A stretch of DNA of 64,000 bases, taken from NCBI GenBank assembly GCA_016214565.1, contig JACROE010000002.1:408007-472006 (forward strand), written 5' to 3'. This document shows positions 37,656 to 47,467 of this stretch, in pieces. Under the pieces are notes generated by a model. That model did no database searches. It was not told where the DNA came from and was given only the letters and a program-made list of their open reading frames with translations. How positions within the stretch are numbered: the stretch's first letter is position 1; every line of letters starts with the position of its first letter. This DNA is from Candidatus Kerfeldbacteria bacterium (GTDB lineage Bacteria; Patescibacteriota; Patescibacteriia; UBA10025; JAHIVO01). Made by a program: the position numbers and the translations under genes.

Positions 37656-38000
37656 TTAACGATTGAGCAGGCGGCCGCGATGGAGCAGGGTACGAACGGT
37701 TTGCTGCAACAGCGAGGCGGACATTGTCGCGCTCGGTGTACGCGCAATAAAGATAATATCATACCCGCTTTTCACGGTTGGGCGTTCAGCAGCCACAAAA
37801 GCTCGGAGCCGGCGCTTCACTTGATTGCGCACGGTGGCCTGCTTGCTTACCTTGACGCCAACAATAAACCCAAAACGTGTGTGGGGTCGATGGGTCTCCT
37901 GAAATTTCATTACCAGTGCTCGGCTATGAACGGCGACACCGCGTCGGTGTAAGCGATCCCAGTCAGCACGACGGGCAATGCGCAGTGGACGCGGCAACAT
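37656..38000 (-). CDS. rnpA: RNase P protein component
   Basis: Basic 114-aa protein, FG..V.KK.....RN..KR..RE motif, between rpmH and yidD. Confidence 0.8.
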   Translation of the reverse strand: MLPRPLRIARRADWDRLHRRGVAVHSRALVMKFQETHRPHTRFGFIVGVKVSKQATVRNQVKRRLRAFVAAERPTVKSGYDIIFIARTPSATMSASLLQQTVRTLLHRGRLLNR

Positions 38001-38021
38001 AGAGGCGCGAGTAGCTAGTAA

Positions 38022-38159
38022 TTAGCTGGACAACACCCGCCGACCGCGGCGGCGGCGGCGAACTAATATTTTCCGTCCGCCCACTCGTCGAGAACGATTG
38101 CGAAATCCATGAACACGGCTGTGGCGACGTTTTTTGGGTTGATAGGTACGTTTAGACAT
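38022..38159 (-). CDS. rpmH: 50S ribosomal protein L34
   Basis: Manual translation of the minus strand gives [45 protein letters not shown], a canonical L34. Too short for the ORF track. Classic rpmH-rnpA-yidD-yidC synteny. Confidence 0.85.
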   Translation of the reverse strand: MSKRTYQPKKRRHSRVHGFRNRSRRVGGRKILVRRRRRGRRVLSS

Positions 38160-38341
38160 AAACAAAATATTCCTAAAGGGACAATAAGCTAGTCCTCAGT
38201 ATACCAGGGCACACTGCCTGGGTCAACGGAAAACCGCTATCCACTATTCATGCACAGGTTATGCACTTTATCCTCGTGGGAGCGGGTTCTGCCAATCAAC
38301 GAACTATGGTACCATGAGTAAACATTTAGGAAGTTTTTTCT

Positions 38342-39706
38342 ATGGACACCAAACAACTGTGGGATGCCGTCTTGGGAGAGCTCGAGCTATCACTTAGCAA
38401 GGCAAATTTCACCACCTGGTTTAAAAATACATACGTCGACACCTTTGCGGATGGTTCGGTGATTATTGCGGTGCCCAATGCATTCACCAAAACGTGGTTA
38501 GAAAATAAATACCACAAGGAGATCGTTAAGGCAATTCAGAACGCCACCGACAATTCAGTAAAATCAATCACCTACGCTGTCAAAAGCGGCCGCCCCGGTG
38601 GCACGGTTGGTCCAAGTATAGATGCGGCTCGCACGAGCGACGCGGCCGTAGCCGAACCCGTTCCCGCGGCACGCAACGGCTTTGGCCTCAACGCACGATA
38701 TACATTCGATAGTTTTATTGTTGGTAAAAGCAATGAATTAGCTCATGCCGCCTGCCTGGCGGTTAGCCAGCGCCCCGGCGAAGTATACAACCCCCTCTTC
38801 CTCTATGGCGGAGCTGGCTTGGGTAAAACGCACTTGATGCAAGCGATCGCCCACGAAGTCCTTAAGCGGTGGCCGGATAAGTCAATTATTTATGTTAGTT
38901 GCGAAAAGTTCACCAATGAATTTATCCAATCAATCAGTAGCGGTGAAGCCGATCGATTTAAAAATCACTATCGCTCCGCGGATTTATTGCTGATTGATGA
39001 TATTCAATTTCTCGCTGGCAAAGAGGGCACCCAGGAAGAGTTTTTTCATACGTTCAACGCCTTACACCAGCAAAACAAACAAATTGTCGTTAGCTCTGAC
39101 CGCCCTCCCAAGGCCATCCCAGCGCTCGAAAGTCGCCTGGTATCGCGCTTCGAGTGGGGTATGATTGCGGATATTTCGCAGCCAGATTTTGAAAACCGCG
39201 TAGCTATTTTAAAGGCTAAGGTTAGAGAAAAATCAGCCACCTTACCCGATGACGTCATCACCGCAATCGCCACAACCGTACAGAGTAATGTCCGAGAGCT
39301 TGAGGGTGCTCTCAATCGGATCATCGCCTATCACCAGCTGGATAATTCCACGCCAAGCGCCCAATCCGTCAAATCAATTCTCTCCAGCATGTCCGAGCAC
39401 CAAAAGCGCGACGGGGCAATCACCGTCAAACAGATTATCACCACCGTTGCTGATTTTTTTGATGTCGGTGTCGATGACGTGCTGGGTAGCAGCCGTAAAA
39501 AAGAACTGGTTAACCCACGGCAAATCTGCATGTTCCTTATGCGCGAAGAGGCTAAGTGCTCCTATCCGACCATTGGACACGAGTTGGGCGGCCGTGACCA
39601 CACCACTGCTATGCACGCATACGAAAAGATTAAAAAAGCGGTTAATGATGATGAAAAAATCCGTCATGATATTAATTTAATCCGACAACGATTGTTCAAC
39701 GAATAG
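38342..39706 (+). CDS. dnaA: chromosomal replication initiator DnaA
   Basis: Domain I start, AAA+ Walker A GGAGLGKTHL, Walker B LLLIDDIQF, sensor motifs, and a C-terminal DNA-binding domain. Confidence 0.95.
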   Translation: MDTKQLWDAVLGELELSLSKANFTTWFKNTYVDTFADGSVIIAVPNAFTKTWLENKYHKEIVKAIQNATDNSVKSITYAVKSGRPGGTVGPSIDAARTSDAAVAEPVPAARNGFGLNARYTFDSFIVGKSNELAHAACLAVSQRPGEVYNPLFLYGGAGLGKTHLMQAIAHEVLKRWPDKSIIYVSCEKFTNEFIQSISSGEADRFKNHYRSADLLLIDDIQFLAGKEGTQEEFFHTFNALHQQNKQIVVSSDRPPKAIPALESRLVSRFEWGMIADISQPDFENRVAILKAKVREKSATLPDDVITAIATTVQSNVRELEGALNRIIAYHQLDNSTPSAQSVKSILSSMSEHQKRDGAITVKQIITTVADFFDVGVDDVLGSSRKKELVNPRQICMFLMREEAKCSYPTIGHELGGRDHTTAMHAYEKIKKAVNDDEKIRHDINLIRQRLFNE

Positions 39707-39985
39707 GTTTACATTGTGGATGAGATGCGCATGGACAGTGTATGCACACAGGCTCAACTGAGGACAGACAGCGCTTCATGTCTGTATAAAAAATAAAAAT
39801 AAAGTTGACTTTCCCTTTTTTAAAAACTTGTCCACATATAGTTCTCTTTTCGTTCGCATGCCTATACACATCTTATACCGGCGAAGGATGATGAATCTCT
39901 TTATTCCATCGGTGTAAAAAAACTTATCCACGCTGTCCACTCCCTTATTATCATTATTATCAATATCTTAATCTATTAAATCTCT
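39707..39985. promoter_or_regulatory. probable oriC (DnaA-box cluster plus AT-rich unwinding element)
   Basis: DnaA-box-like 9-mers TTGTGGATG (39714-39722, reverse orientation), TTGTCCACA (39828-39836), TTATCCACG (39924-39932), cTGTCCACt (39933-39941). AT-rich tracts at 39784-39804 and 39945-39985. dnaA-dnaN context. Confidence 0.6.
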
Positions 39986-41086
39986 ATGAAGATAATTTGC
40001 ACACAAGAAAATTTAGCGACTGGCCTCTCCCTGGTCAGCCATGTAGCGAGTAAAAATATTTCCCTACCCATTCTTAACAACGTGCTGATTAAAGCGGAAA
40101 AGGGTAGTGTCACGCTCATGACAACAAACCTTGAAATCGGGATTATTACTCAGGTTCGCGGCAAGGTCGAACAAGAAGGATCCATAACCGTACAGGCAAA
40201 AACACTTAATGATTATGTAGCGCTTTTACCGAAGGAAAACATTGAATTGGAGCTTATTGAACAAACCCTCCATGTGCGTGCTACAAAGGCAAAAACCTCA
40301 ATGAAAGGGGTTGACCCGTCTGAATTCCCATTAATTCCGACAGTTGAGGCTCAGCGAGAAATATCTATCCCCGCTGCCCAACTCAAAGATGCGCTGACGA
40401 GCGTGGCCTTTGCTGCGGCGTATGACGAAACTAGACCAGAGATCAGCGGTGTGTTATTCCAATTCAACGGTACTGCGCTGACGCTGGCCGCAACCGATAG
40501 CTATCGCCTCGCTGAGCGAACGATGACCTTGGCCGAATCAGTACCCGAGTATCACGTCATTATTCCCATGCGTACTGCTCAGGAGTTGATTCGAATAATT
40601 CAGGAGGTAGGCGATTCGGTAAACATTAAGAGCAATGAGAATCAAATAGTTTTCAGCACCGGTGGCGTCTCGCTCACCTCTCGGATCATTGAGGGGCACT
40701 ACCCTGATTATAAACAAATTATTCCTCAGGAATCGGCCACGCGGGCCACGCTGCAGGTGCGCGCTTTTGCGAACACCGTGAAACAGGCTAGTTTATTCTG
40801 CAAGCCGGGGAGCAATGACATCTTGCTTATTTTTGATAAGCCCGCCGGACGCATCACGGTATCGGCAACCAACGTCCAGATTGGAGCCAGTGAATCACAA
40901 TATGAAACAGAAATTGCTGGCGAATCAAATGACATCATTTTTAATCATCGTTTTCTCCAGGAGGGATTGCAAAATATTACAACTGACGAGTGTGTTATAG
41001 AGTTGACGACCAATAGCAGTCCCGCGCTCATTAAGCCGAAAGGAAAGGATGATTACGTGTATATCATCATGCCGATCAAGCAGTAG
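39986..41086 (+). CDS. dnaN: DNA polymerase III beta sliding clamp
   Basis: 366 aa with the three-domain clamp pattern and MKI.C....L N-terminus, directly downstream of dnaA. Confidence 0.9.
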   Translation: MKIICTQENLATGLSLVSHVASKNISLPILNNVLIKAEKGSVTLMTTNLEIGIITQVRGKVEQEGSITVQAKTLNDYVALLPKENIELELIEQTLHVRATKAKTSMKGVDPSEFPLIPTVEAQREISIPAAQLKDALTSVAFAAAYDETRPEISGVLFQFNGTALTLAATDSYRLAERTMTLAESVPEYHVIIPMRTAQELIRIIQEVGDSVNIKSNENQIVFSTGGVSLTSRIIEGHYPDYKQIIPQESATRATLQVRAFANTVKQASLFCKPGSNDILLIFDKPAGRITVSATNVQIGASESQYETEIAGESNDIIFNHRFLQEGLQNITTDECVIELTTNSSPALIKPKGKDDYVYIIMPIKQ

Positions 41087-41105
41087 CCGTTTCGTAACGC
41101 ACCTA

Positions 41106-41147
41106 TCTAAAAACCGCTCTCGGATTCTCCGGGGGCGGTTTTGGTTT
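41106..41147. terminator. bidirectional rho-independent terminator between dnaN and the PBP1A gene
   Basis: aaaaaccgctctcgga...tccgggggcggttttt: a GC-rich hairpin flanked by an A-run on one side and a T-run on the other. Confidence 0.5.
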
Positions 41148-43778
41148 TTATGGAGCGCTATTTACATTCGTGGCAGGAGTGGGGAGATAATTGATAGTGG
41201 TGGTTGTGCTGGCGCTATTACCCACGTCATCATACACGGTTGCGGTAATATCATGGAAACCCACTACCGTCCCTTTGGGAATAGTGTATTCGAGACTAAA
41301 AGGCGACCTAGTTGCCGTTGGCATCGCGGTACCATCAAACGAATATTCAACCTTGGTAATTTTTCGCGGCTTCGGGGCACTCACGGAAACGGTGACGCTC
41401 AGAGCGGCCTGGTCAACCGTGTCGCCGGTGATGGGCGCGGTAATACTGATTTCAGGTGCGCGATCTGGATCATGTATCTTACAATCTTCAAGCGCAGGAA
41501 GTGTCTCAAGGTAATTATTTTTTTCCGCCCAACGGCGAATGGGTTCTTCCCAGCGCTGGTATTGTGGGTCGGCACTCGGGTTATTTGGGACTGGTCCGCG
41601 CGGGTCATCCTTATTGACGTAGTGTAAAATAGTATGGGCAATACGCACAGTTTTTTCCGCGATAAATTTTTTCGGATAGGCGTCTTTGCATTCGTCGGGT
41701 ATGCGGTTACCTGTAATTGAATCAACCAGGATAGTGGTGCCACCCTCGAGTTCGCCGCGTAAGACGGGTTTGCTGACCGGGTCTGCCGCCGGTCTTTGAA
41801 ATGGCTCGGCCGGACCGCCGACCGTTCGTTTCATAAATTCGTGCCAGATTGGCGCCGCGACGATTGAGCCATCAGCGCCGCGCCTCATCTCTGAATTATC
41901 ATTATTGCCTACCCAGACGCCAGTAGCATAGGAAGGCGTGTAGCCCATCGTCCAGGCATCGCGGTAGTCATTGGTCGTTCCGGTCTTTGCGGCGACTGGC
42001 CGGCCGGGTAGCGTGAGGTAGCCTCCGGCACCAAAAATATACGCACGAGAGCTATCATCTGACAGAACGTCATTGAGTAGGCGGAGCGCTTTTGCATCAA
42101 AGACCTCCTCGGAGCGCTCTTCGTATTGTTCTAAAATTTTTCCTTGGGGGTCTTCGACGCGCAAGATGCCGGTCGGTGGGTGGTATATTCCTTCGCGGGC
42201 AAACGTAGCAAAAGCCGCCGTGTGCTCAAGCAGAGTAACCTCTCCGCCGCCCAAGACAAGCGAGAGTCCAAACCGACTGCGATCACCCAAGGTAGTGTAA
42301 CCTAATTTTTGTGCGTTCTCCAAGACCGTATCAATCCCCGCTAGGTATAATGTTTTGACCGCGGGAATGTTAAGTGAGCCTGCCAGCGCCTTCCGCATAG
42401 TCAATGGGCCGCGTTCACCGAGGTCGTAATCTTTTGGCTCGTAATCCGGGCCGTCAGTTTTGAATTTGGTGACTAAATCAAAGAGGATGGTATTATCCGT
42501 ATAGCCCTTGGCAAACGCGCTGGCATACACTAACGGTTTAAATGAGGAACCGGGTTGGCGGGGGCGAAGCGCAACGTTGACCTGACCGTCAATTGATTCG
42601 TCAAAGTAATCTTTGGATCCGACCATAGCGAGGATTTGCCCGGTTTTCGTCTCGATATTTACGAGCGCGGCATTGCTTGCATTATATCGCTCGGCATTTT
42701 TTGGCGCGTATTTTTCAATAACCTCTTCGGCAACCTGCTGCTTATCAATATTGAGCGTGGTGATGACTTTCAGGCCGCCTTGCTCGACGACCGTCTCGCC
42801 ATATTTGTCCGCCAGCTGCTCGCGTACCCAGAGGACGAAGTGGGGTGCGCGAATATTTTCGTATGGGGGGCGAAGTTTTTCTAGAAGATTAATCGTCTTG
42901 GCCTCATCAGCCTGCTCTTTTGTGATATATCCCTGCTCCACCATCGTATCCAGCACCAAATGAATGCGCACGCTTAACGCGTCTACATTGTTGCCATAGG
43001 GTGAGTAGTAGGTGGGCCGATTTGGGATGGCAGCGAGGAACGCCGCTTCGGCAAGGGTCACATCCCGCACTGATTTACCGAAGAAGGACTGCGCTGCCGC
43101 CTCGACTCCGTACCGTGTGGAGCCAAATGGGATTTCATTAAAATACATTTGCAGAATCTGATCCTTGGTGAAATTTTGCTCCAATTGGTAGGCTAAAATT
43201 AACTCTTTCAGCTTACGGGTGTAGGAGCGCTCGTCAGTAAGGATTGCGTTTTTTACAAATTGTTGGGTGATGGTTGAACCGCCTCGCTGTGGACAGAGGC
43301 CGCCGAGATTACCCACTACTTCATGACAGACCGCCTTGGCGATGCCGGGCAAGTCAAACCCTTTATGGTTATAGAAGTCATTATCTTCGATGGCAATAGT
43401 TGCCTGCTTCATGATATCCGGCACGTCCTTTATTTGGATCAGCGTTCGTTGGACGTCGCCGTGGATCTCGTAGAGCAGCGTGGTTTCATCTCGTGCGTAA
43501 ATTTTGGTGCTCTGGGCCACCGATCGATCAATTACTTTATCTGGGTCAGGCAGGTCGCGTGATACCCAAGCAAACGCCGCCACTCCGCCAATTACCGCTA
43601 GCACTATCAAAATGCCGAGACCAGGCAGGCCGTAGCGGGTTAGTTTTTTCTTCCAGCCTTTCGGTCGGGGGCGTTGAGCGGACGACCGTTTTTCATGCGC
43701 AGCGCCAGAAATCTGGCTGACGCGCTGGCCAATCTTGCGAATACGGAAATTTGGTTGTTGCAGCGAAGGGATAGGCAT
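41148..43778 (-). CDS. class A penicillin-binding protein (PBP1A-type transglycosylase/transpeptidase) with a C-terminal extension
   Basis: N-terminal TM helix. GT51 motifs (IAIEDNDFYNHKGFD, GGSTITQQ), transpeptidase SxxK (GSSFKP) and KTGT. About 150 extra C-terminal aa ending in Ig-like TATVYDDVGNS. Confidence 0.9.
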   Translation of the reverse strand: MPIPSLQQPNFRIRKIGQRVSQISGAAHEKRSSAQRPRPKGWKKKLTRYGLPGLGILIVLAVIGGVAAFAWVSRDLPDPDKVIDRSVAQSTKIYARDETTLLYEIHGDVQRTLIQIKDVPDIMKQATIAIEDNDFYNHKGFDLPGIAKAVCHEVVGNLGGLCPQRGGSTITQQFVKNAILTDERSYTRKLKELILAYQLEQNFTKDQILQMYFNEIPFGSTRYGVEAAAQSFFGKSVRDVTLAEAAFLAAIPNRPTYYSPYGNNVDALSVRIHLVLDTMVEQGYITKEQADEAKTINLLEKLRPPYENIRAPHFVLWVREQLADKYGETVVEQGGLKVITTLNIDKQQVAEEVIEKYAPKNAERYNASNAALVNIETKTGQILAMVGSKDYFDESIDGQVNVALRPRQPGSSFKPLVYASAFAKGYTDNTILFDLVTKFKTDGPDYEPKDYDLGERGPLTMRKALAGSLNIPAVKTLYLAGIDTVLENAQKLGYTTLGDRSRFGLSLVLGGGEVTLLEHTAAFATFAREGIYHPPTGILRVEDPQGKILEQYEERSEEVFDAKALRLLNDVLSDDSSRAYIFGAGGYLTLPGRPVAAKTGTTNDYRDAWTMGYTPSYATGVWVGNNDNSEMRRGADGSIVAAPIWHEFMKRTVGGPAEPFQRPAADPVSKPVLRGELEGGTTILVDSITGNRIPDECKDAYPKKFIAEKTVRIAHTILHYVNKDDPRGPVPNNPSADPQYQRWEEPIRRWAEKNNYLETLPALEDCKIHDPDRAPEISITAPITGDTVDQAALSVTVSVSAPKPRKITKVEYSFDGTAMPTATRSPFSLEYTIPKGTVVGFHDITATVYDDVGNSASTTTTINYLPTPATNVNSAP

Positions 43779-43781
43779 AGG

Positions 43782-44681
43782 TTACCGATGGCGAGGAACA
43801 ATAAGTGTAGCACCAATTACTCCGGCATCATAATGTAATTTTGACACGACGATTTTTGTTTTCTTGAGTATTGCCGGCGCGATTAGCGGCCTCATATGTT
43901 TGAGGGCCGGCTTGATGAGCATTGGCAGGTGGGCAAGGCCACCACCGAGCACAATAATTTCTGGAGAGTAAGCGTGGATAGCATTCGCCAGCCCGATTGC
44001 CAGCGAAGTGCTGGCACGAGCCATCACCTGCTTCGCCACCCGTTTTCCCGCTCGCGCCGCAGCCACGATGTCATATGAAGAAAGTTTGGCGCCGGTTTTT
44101 TGGCGGTAGATTGATTGGAGGGCTCGGCCGGAGACCAGCGCTTCGAAATGGCCGTAACGACCACAGCTGCAACGAGCGAGCGAAGGAGATTCAATTATGG
44201 TATGGCCAAATTCAACGGCGTTAAAGCCGCCGTGGTAGATTCTTTTGTTGATGACAAGCCCGGCACCAATGCCCGTGCCGATGGTGATCGAGAGAACAGT
44301 GTTGTATTTTTTCCCTAGGCCAACGGTAGCTTCGGCGAGTGCGATGCAGTTTGCGTCATTATCAATTCTAACCGGGACGCGGTACTTTTTCTCAAGGATT
44401 TTTTGTAGGGGGACCCGGTGCCAATTGTGTGGCAGATTTGGCGATTCGGCTACGATCCCGGTGGCCGTGTCCACGGTGCCGGTAATGCCAACGCCGATAC
44501 CCCCGATGGTCTGGGTACTAAAAAACCGATCAATTGCCTGGGTAATGCTTTTGAGCGTGCGTGCGGTGTCGCGAATGTCATTGGGCAGTTGGTCGCTGGC
44601 GATGACCTGGTGGGCGTCAGTTATGATACCTACTTGGATTTTAGTGCCGCCAATATCGAGGCCAATAGTGCGTCTAGGCAT
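43782..44681 (-). CDS. ROK-family sugar kinase (glucokinase-like)
   Basis: IGLDIGGTK N-terminus and the ROK zinc motif CSCGRYGHFEA. Confidence 0.8.
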   Translation of the reverse strand: MPRRTIGLDIGGTKIQVGIITDAHQVIASDQLPNDIRDTARTLKSITQAIDRFFSTQTIGGIGVGITGTVDTATGIVAESPNLPHNWHRVPLQKILEKKYRVPVRIDNDANCIALAEATVGLGKKYNTVLSITIGTGIGAGLVINKRIYHGGFNAVEFGHTIIESPSLARCSCGRYGHFEALVSGRALQSIYRQKTGAKLSSYDIVAAARAGKRVAKQVMARASTSLAIGLANAIHAYSPEIIVLGGGLAHLPMLIKPALKHMRPLIAPAILKKTKIVVSKLHYDAGVIGATLIVPRHR

Positions 44682-44751
44682 GGGTAATATTTGTTGTGAA
44701 ATCCTTTTTATTATACCAAAGTTACGGTATACTATAAACTACGAATAGGCT

Positions 44752-45939
44752 ATGAAAACTATTTCAAAAGACACAATCCATGAGGTCATGACACGCGGAG
44801 TGGCAGAAGTTGTTGTGGCGGAGAGCCTCTCACAGAAGCTCACATCGGGGAAGCGACTTCGAGTGAAGCTTGGCATTGACCCCACCTCCCCGAAGCTGCA
44901 CCTGGGGCATACCGTTGTATTACGCAAATTGCGCCAGTTTCAGCAGCTGGGGCACCGAGTAATTTTTTTGGTTGGCGATTTTACGGCTCGTATTGGCGAC
45001 CCTAGCGGTAAGCTGTCTGCCCGTCAGCCGCTCACCGAAAAAGAAATCAAGGTGAACATGAAGTCCTATGTGAAACAAGCAGCGCGCATTTTGGACATTA
45101 ATAAAACTGAAGTACGCTATAACTCCGAATGGCTGAAGCCAATGGATTTTGCCGAGCTTTTTCAGCTGACCAGCTACTTCACCGTCAATCAGATGCTGGA
45201 GCGGGATATGTTCCAGGAGCGACTGAAAAAAATGAAGCCACTCTGGGTGCATGAGTTGATGTATCCGATTTTGCAGGGGTATGATTCGGTTGCCCTGCGT
45301 GCCGACCTTGAGCTGGGTGGCACTGACCAGACGTTTAATGTATTAGCCGCCCGTACTATCCAGCCGCGCTATGATCAGGAACCACAGGACATCATGACCG
45401 TGCCATTGATCGAGGGTACGGATGGTGCGCACAAAATGAGTAAGAGTGTAGGCAACACAATAGAGCTGGATGACACCCCCCAGGACATGTTTGGCAAAGT
45501 GATGTCGCTTCCCGATTCGCTCATTATTAAGTATTTTACTTTATTAACCGACGTGTCCTTGAAGCAGATTGGCGAGTATGTACAGGCGATGCGCTCAGGG
45601 GACAACCCGCGCGATTTCAAAGTACTGCTGGCACGCGAACTGGTGACCATGTATCACAGCGCCAACGCGGCGACGAAAGCAGCGGCTGATTTCTCCTCGA
45701 CGTTCACTCACAAGCAAGCGCCAAAAGATATTCCTGAAAAATCTATCAAAGGGAAAGATTTGAAGACTAATGCTGACATGGTGGCCTTCCTTTTTAGCGT
45801 AAGCAAATCCGAAGCGCGTCGATTGATTGGCCAAAACGCGATTGAATGTGATGGCGTACAGGTAGTTGACCCGAATAAGCGCCCGATGCACGGGATGTAT
45901 AAAAAGGGCCGGCATTATATGAAAGCGGTGCTTGTATAG
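44752..45939 (+). CDS. tyrS: tyrosyl-tRNA synthetase
   Basis: PTSPKLHLGH (HIGH), FLVGDFTARIGDPSGK, KMSKS (AHKMSKSVGN), and a C-terminal S4-like domain. Confidence 0.85.
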   Translation: MKTISKDTIHEVMTRGVAEVVVAESLSQKLTSGKRLRVKLGIDPTSPKLHLGHTVVLRKLRQFQQLGHRVIFLVGDFTARIGDPSGKLSARQPLTEKEIKVNMKSYVKQAARILDINKTEVRYNSEWLKPMDFAELFQLTSYFTVNQMLERDMFQERLKKMKPLWVHELMYPILQGYDSVALRADLELGGTDQTFNVLAARTIQPRYDQEPQDIMTVPLIEGTDGAHKMSKSVGNTIELDDTPQDMFGKVMSLPDSLIIKYFTLLTDVSLKQIGEYVQAMRSGDNPRDFKVLLARELVTMYHSANAATKAAADFSSTFTHKQAPKDIPEKSIKGKDLKTNADMVAFLFSVSKSEARRLIGQNAIECDGVQVVDPNKRPMHGMYKKGRHYMKAVLV

Positions 45940-45975
45940 TCCGAGCTTTTTGATGAAGGCCTTTGGCGATAAAAA

Positions 45976-46014
45976 CAAAAAAACAGTCGCAAGCATGGAG
46001 CGGCTGTTTTGATG
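45976..46014. terminator. terminator after tyrS (possibly bidirectional)
   Basis: Stem acagtcgc/gcggctgt (one mismatch) followed by TTTTGATGTTT, preceded by an A-run. Confidence 0.4.
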
Positions 46015-46020
46015 TTTGTG

Positions 46021-46407
46021 TTAGTTGCAATTCTCCAGTGTCGGAGCGGCGTTTTCGAGTGCGCCCAATGGTTGGTTGGTCCATTGGTCAATTTCTATTA
46101 ATCGAGCGGGACGGTGGCATAATTCAAGGAAGACTTGGTTGACTTGGCTGGGCAGGAGTCCGGCATTTGATTCAATTGTATCAGCTGCCAGGGGCAGAAC
46201 TAGCGGCTCCCCTGTTGCAGCTCCCAGCACCGTAGGGTTCGAAATCCGAGCAATTGAGGCGGTCGGAGTGGAAATAGTAGCCTGGTAAGAGATGGCAAAA
46301 CCAGCCCCGAGCGCGGTTACCGCGAGAATTGCGACAATATAGAAGAGGGGTGATTGGTATGTCATATGAATTGACCTGTATCTTACCTCCTGCGAAAAAT
46401 ACGTCAA
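46021..46407 (-). CDS. hypothetical membrane-anchored/secreted protein
   Basis: N-terminal TM/signal segment PLFYIVAILAVTALGAGFAI. No recognisable domain. Confidence 0.35.
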   Translation of the reverse strand: MTYFSQEVRYRSIHMTYQSPLFYIVAILAVTALGAGFAISYQATISTPTASIARISNPTVLGAATGEPLVLPLAADTIESNAGLLPSQVNQVFLELCHRPARLIEIDQWTNQPLGALENAAPTLENCN

Positions 46408-46444
46408 GGTGGATAATTGACTATTCCCCTTCCTATGCTACCGT

Positions 46445-47467
46445 GTGGGTATTCCTATGGATCAGAAAACGCCACTTCATCATAAAGCTCAGCAGATCGC
46501 TCAGGAGCGCGGATTTCATATTCGAAAGAAGATTTACGAAGCGTGGGAGCCGGGCCGCCCAATACCGCGTAACATAATTTACCTGGGCACGTGGCAGGAT
46601 AAACCGGCCGCTTTTAAGATATATGATGAACGGCGGTTGAGTGACGAGCCGCTGGCATTGCAAGCCTGGTTACAGCACAGTACCAGCACCCAGCTGATTG
46701 CCCCGGCATTGTATGATTTTGCCATAGCGTCGCCCCATGCGGGTTGGCTGATCATGGAAGAATTGCCCACGCCAGGCGGCTTCTTCGCTTCCCCACTGTC
46801 AGTTGAGGCGCGGGAGCGTTTTCTTCAATTGTATCAATGGTATCGAGTAGAATTTCCGAAGCAGCCGACTCGTCAGCTCTCACTCGCCGAAAAACTGCCC
46901 GCAGCTGAGTATCACCAGTATCGGATTTATCGTTGGTTCGAACAGGCAGTGCACGCTGAGGAAGCGCGCCGGTTGCGGCATCAGCCGACGCTATTGTCTG
47001 AAACCGAGTTCCCCCTTCTTTTTAGGCGCGCTATGGCCATCATTGGAAAACTTTTTGCGGGCAGGGCGATGGTCTGGTCGCATGGGCATTTCAAGCCCAA
47101 AGAACTTTATCATGATGAAACGCGTGATCGGTATTATTTAACTGATTTTGCCCATGTCAAAATGTACCCGGAGGGGTATGAGCTGGGGTTTATGGTGTGG
47201 GCCGATTATTTAATGTCCGGGGATTGGCGATTGCCGTATGCGGAGTGGGCGCTGCCGGTTCGGTCCTGGCGACGACGATTAGTGCGGGTGGCCATCGGAC
47301 TTGGTCTGCGCGAGCCAGCTGAGCTGATTCGAGGCAGCCTGATTGAGCGGTCGCTGGGCACTATTTTAGCTGACATTGTTGCCCGCGAGCAGCCCATTGA
47401 ACAGCAGAAAAAGCATCTGGCATTATTGATGCAGCTGCTGACTGAGCTTGTGACTGATATTCGCTAG
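46445..47467 (+). CDS. protein-kinase-like (aminoglycoside phosphotransferase/CotS/maltokinase-fold) family protein
   Basis: Brenner-like HGHFKPKEL and DFAHV (DFG-like) motifs. About 340 aa. Similar N-terminal architecture to 50028-51011. Confidence 0.45.
   Translation: MGIPMDQKTPLHHKAQQIAQERGFHIRKKIYEAWEPGRPIPRNIIYLGTWQDKPAAFKIYDERRLSDEPLALQAWLQHSTSTQLIAPALYDFAIASPHAGWLIMEELPTPGGFFASPLSVEARERFLQLYQWYRVEFPKQPTRQLSLAEKLPAAEYHQYRIYRWFEQAVHAEEARRLRHQPTLLSETEFPLLFRRAMAIIGKLFAGRAMVWSHGHFKPKELYHDETRDRYYLTDFAHVKMYPEGYELGFMVWADYLMSGDWRLPYAEWALPVRSWRRRLVRVAIGLGLREPAELIRGSLIERSLGTILADIVAREQPIEQQKKHLALLMQLLTELVTDIR

Noticed and set aside
44682-44751. sigma70 promoter upstream of tyrS
   Set aside because: The candidate -35/-10 hexamers (TTGTGA ... 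TATACT) have poor spacing, so this is not confident enough to report as a feature.
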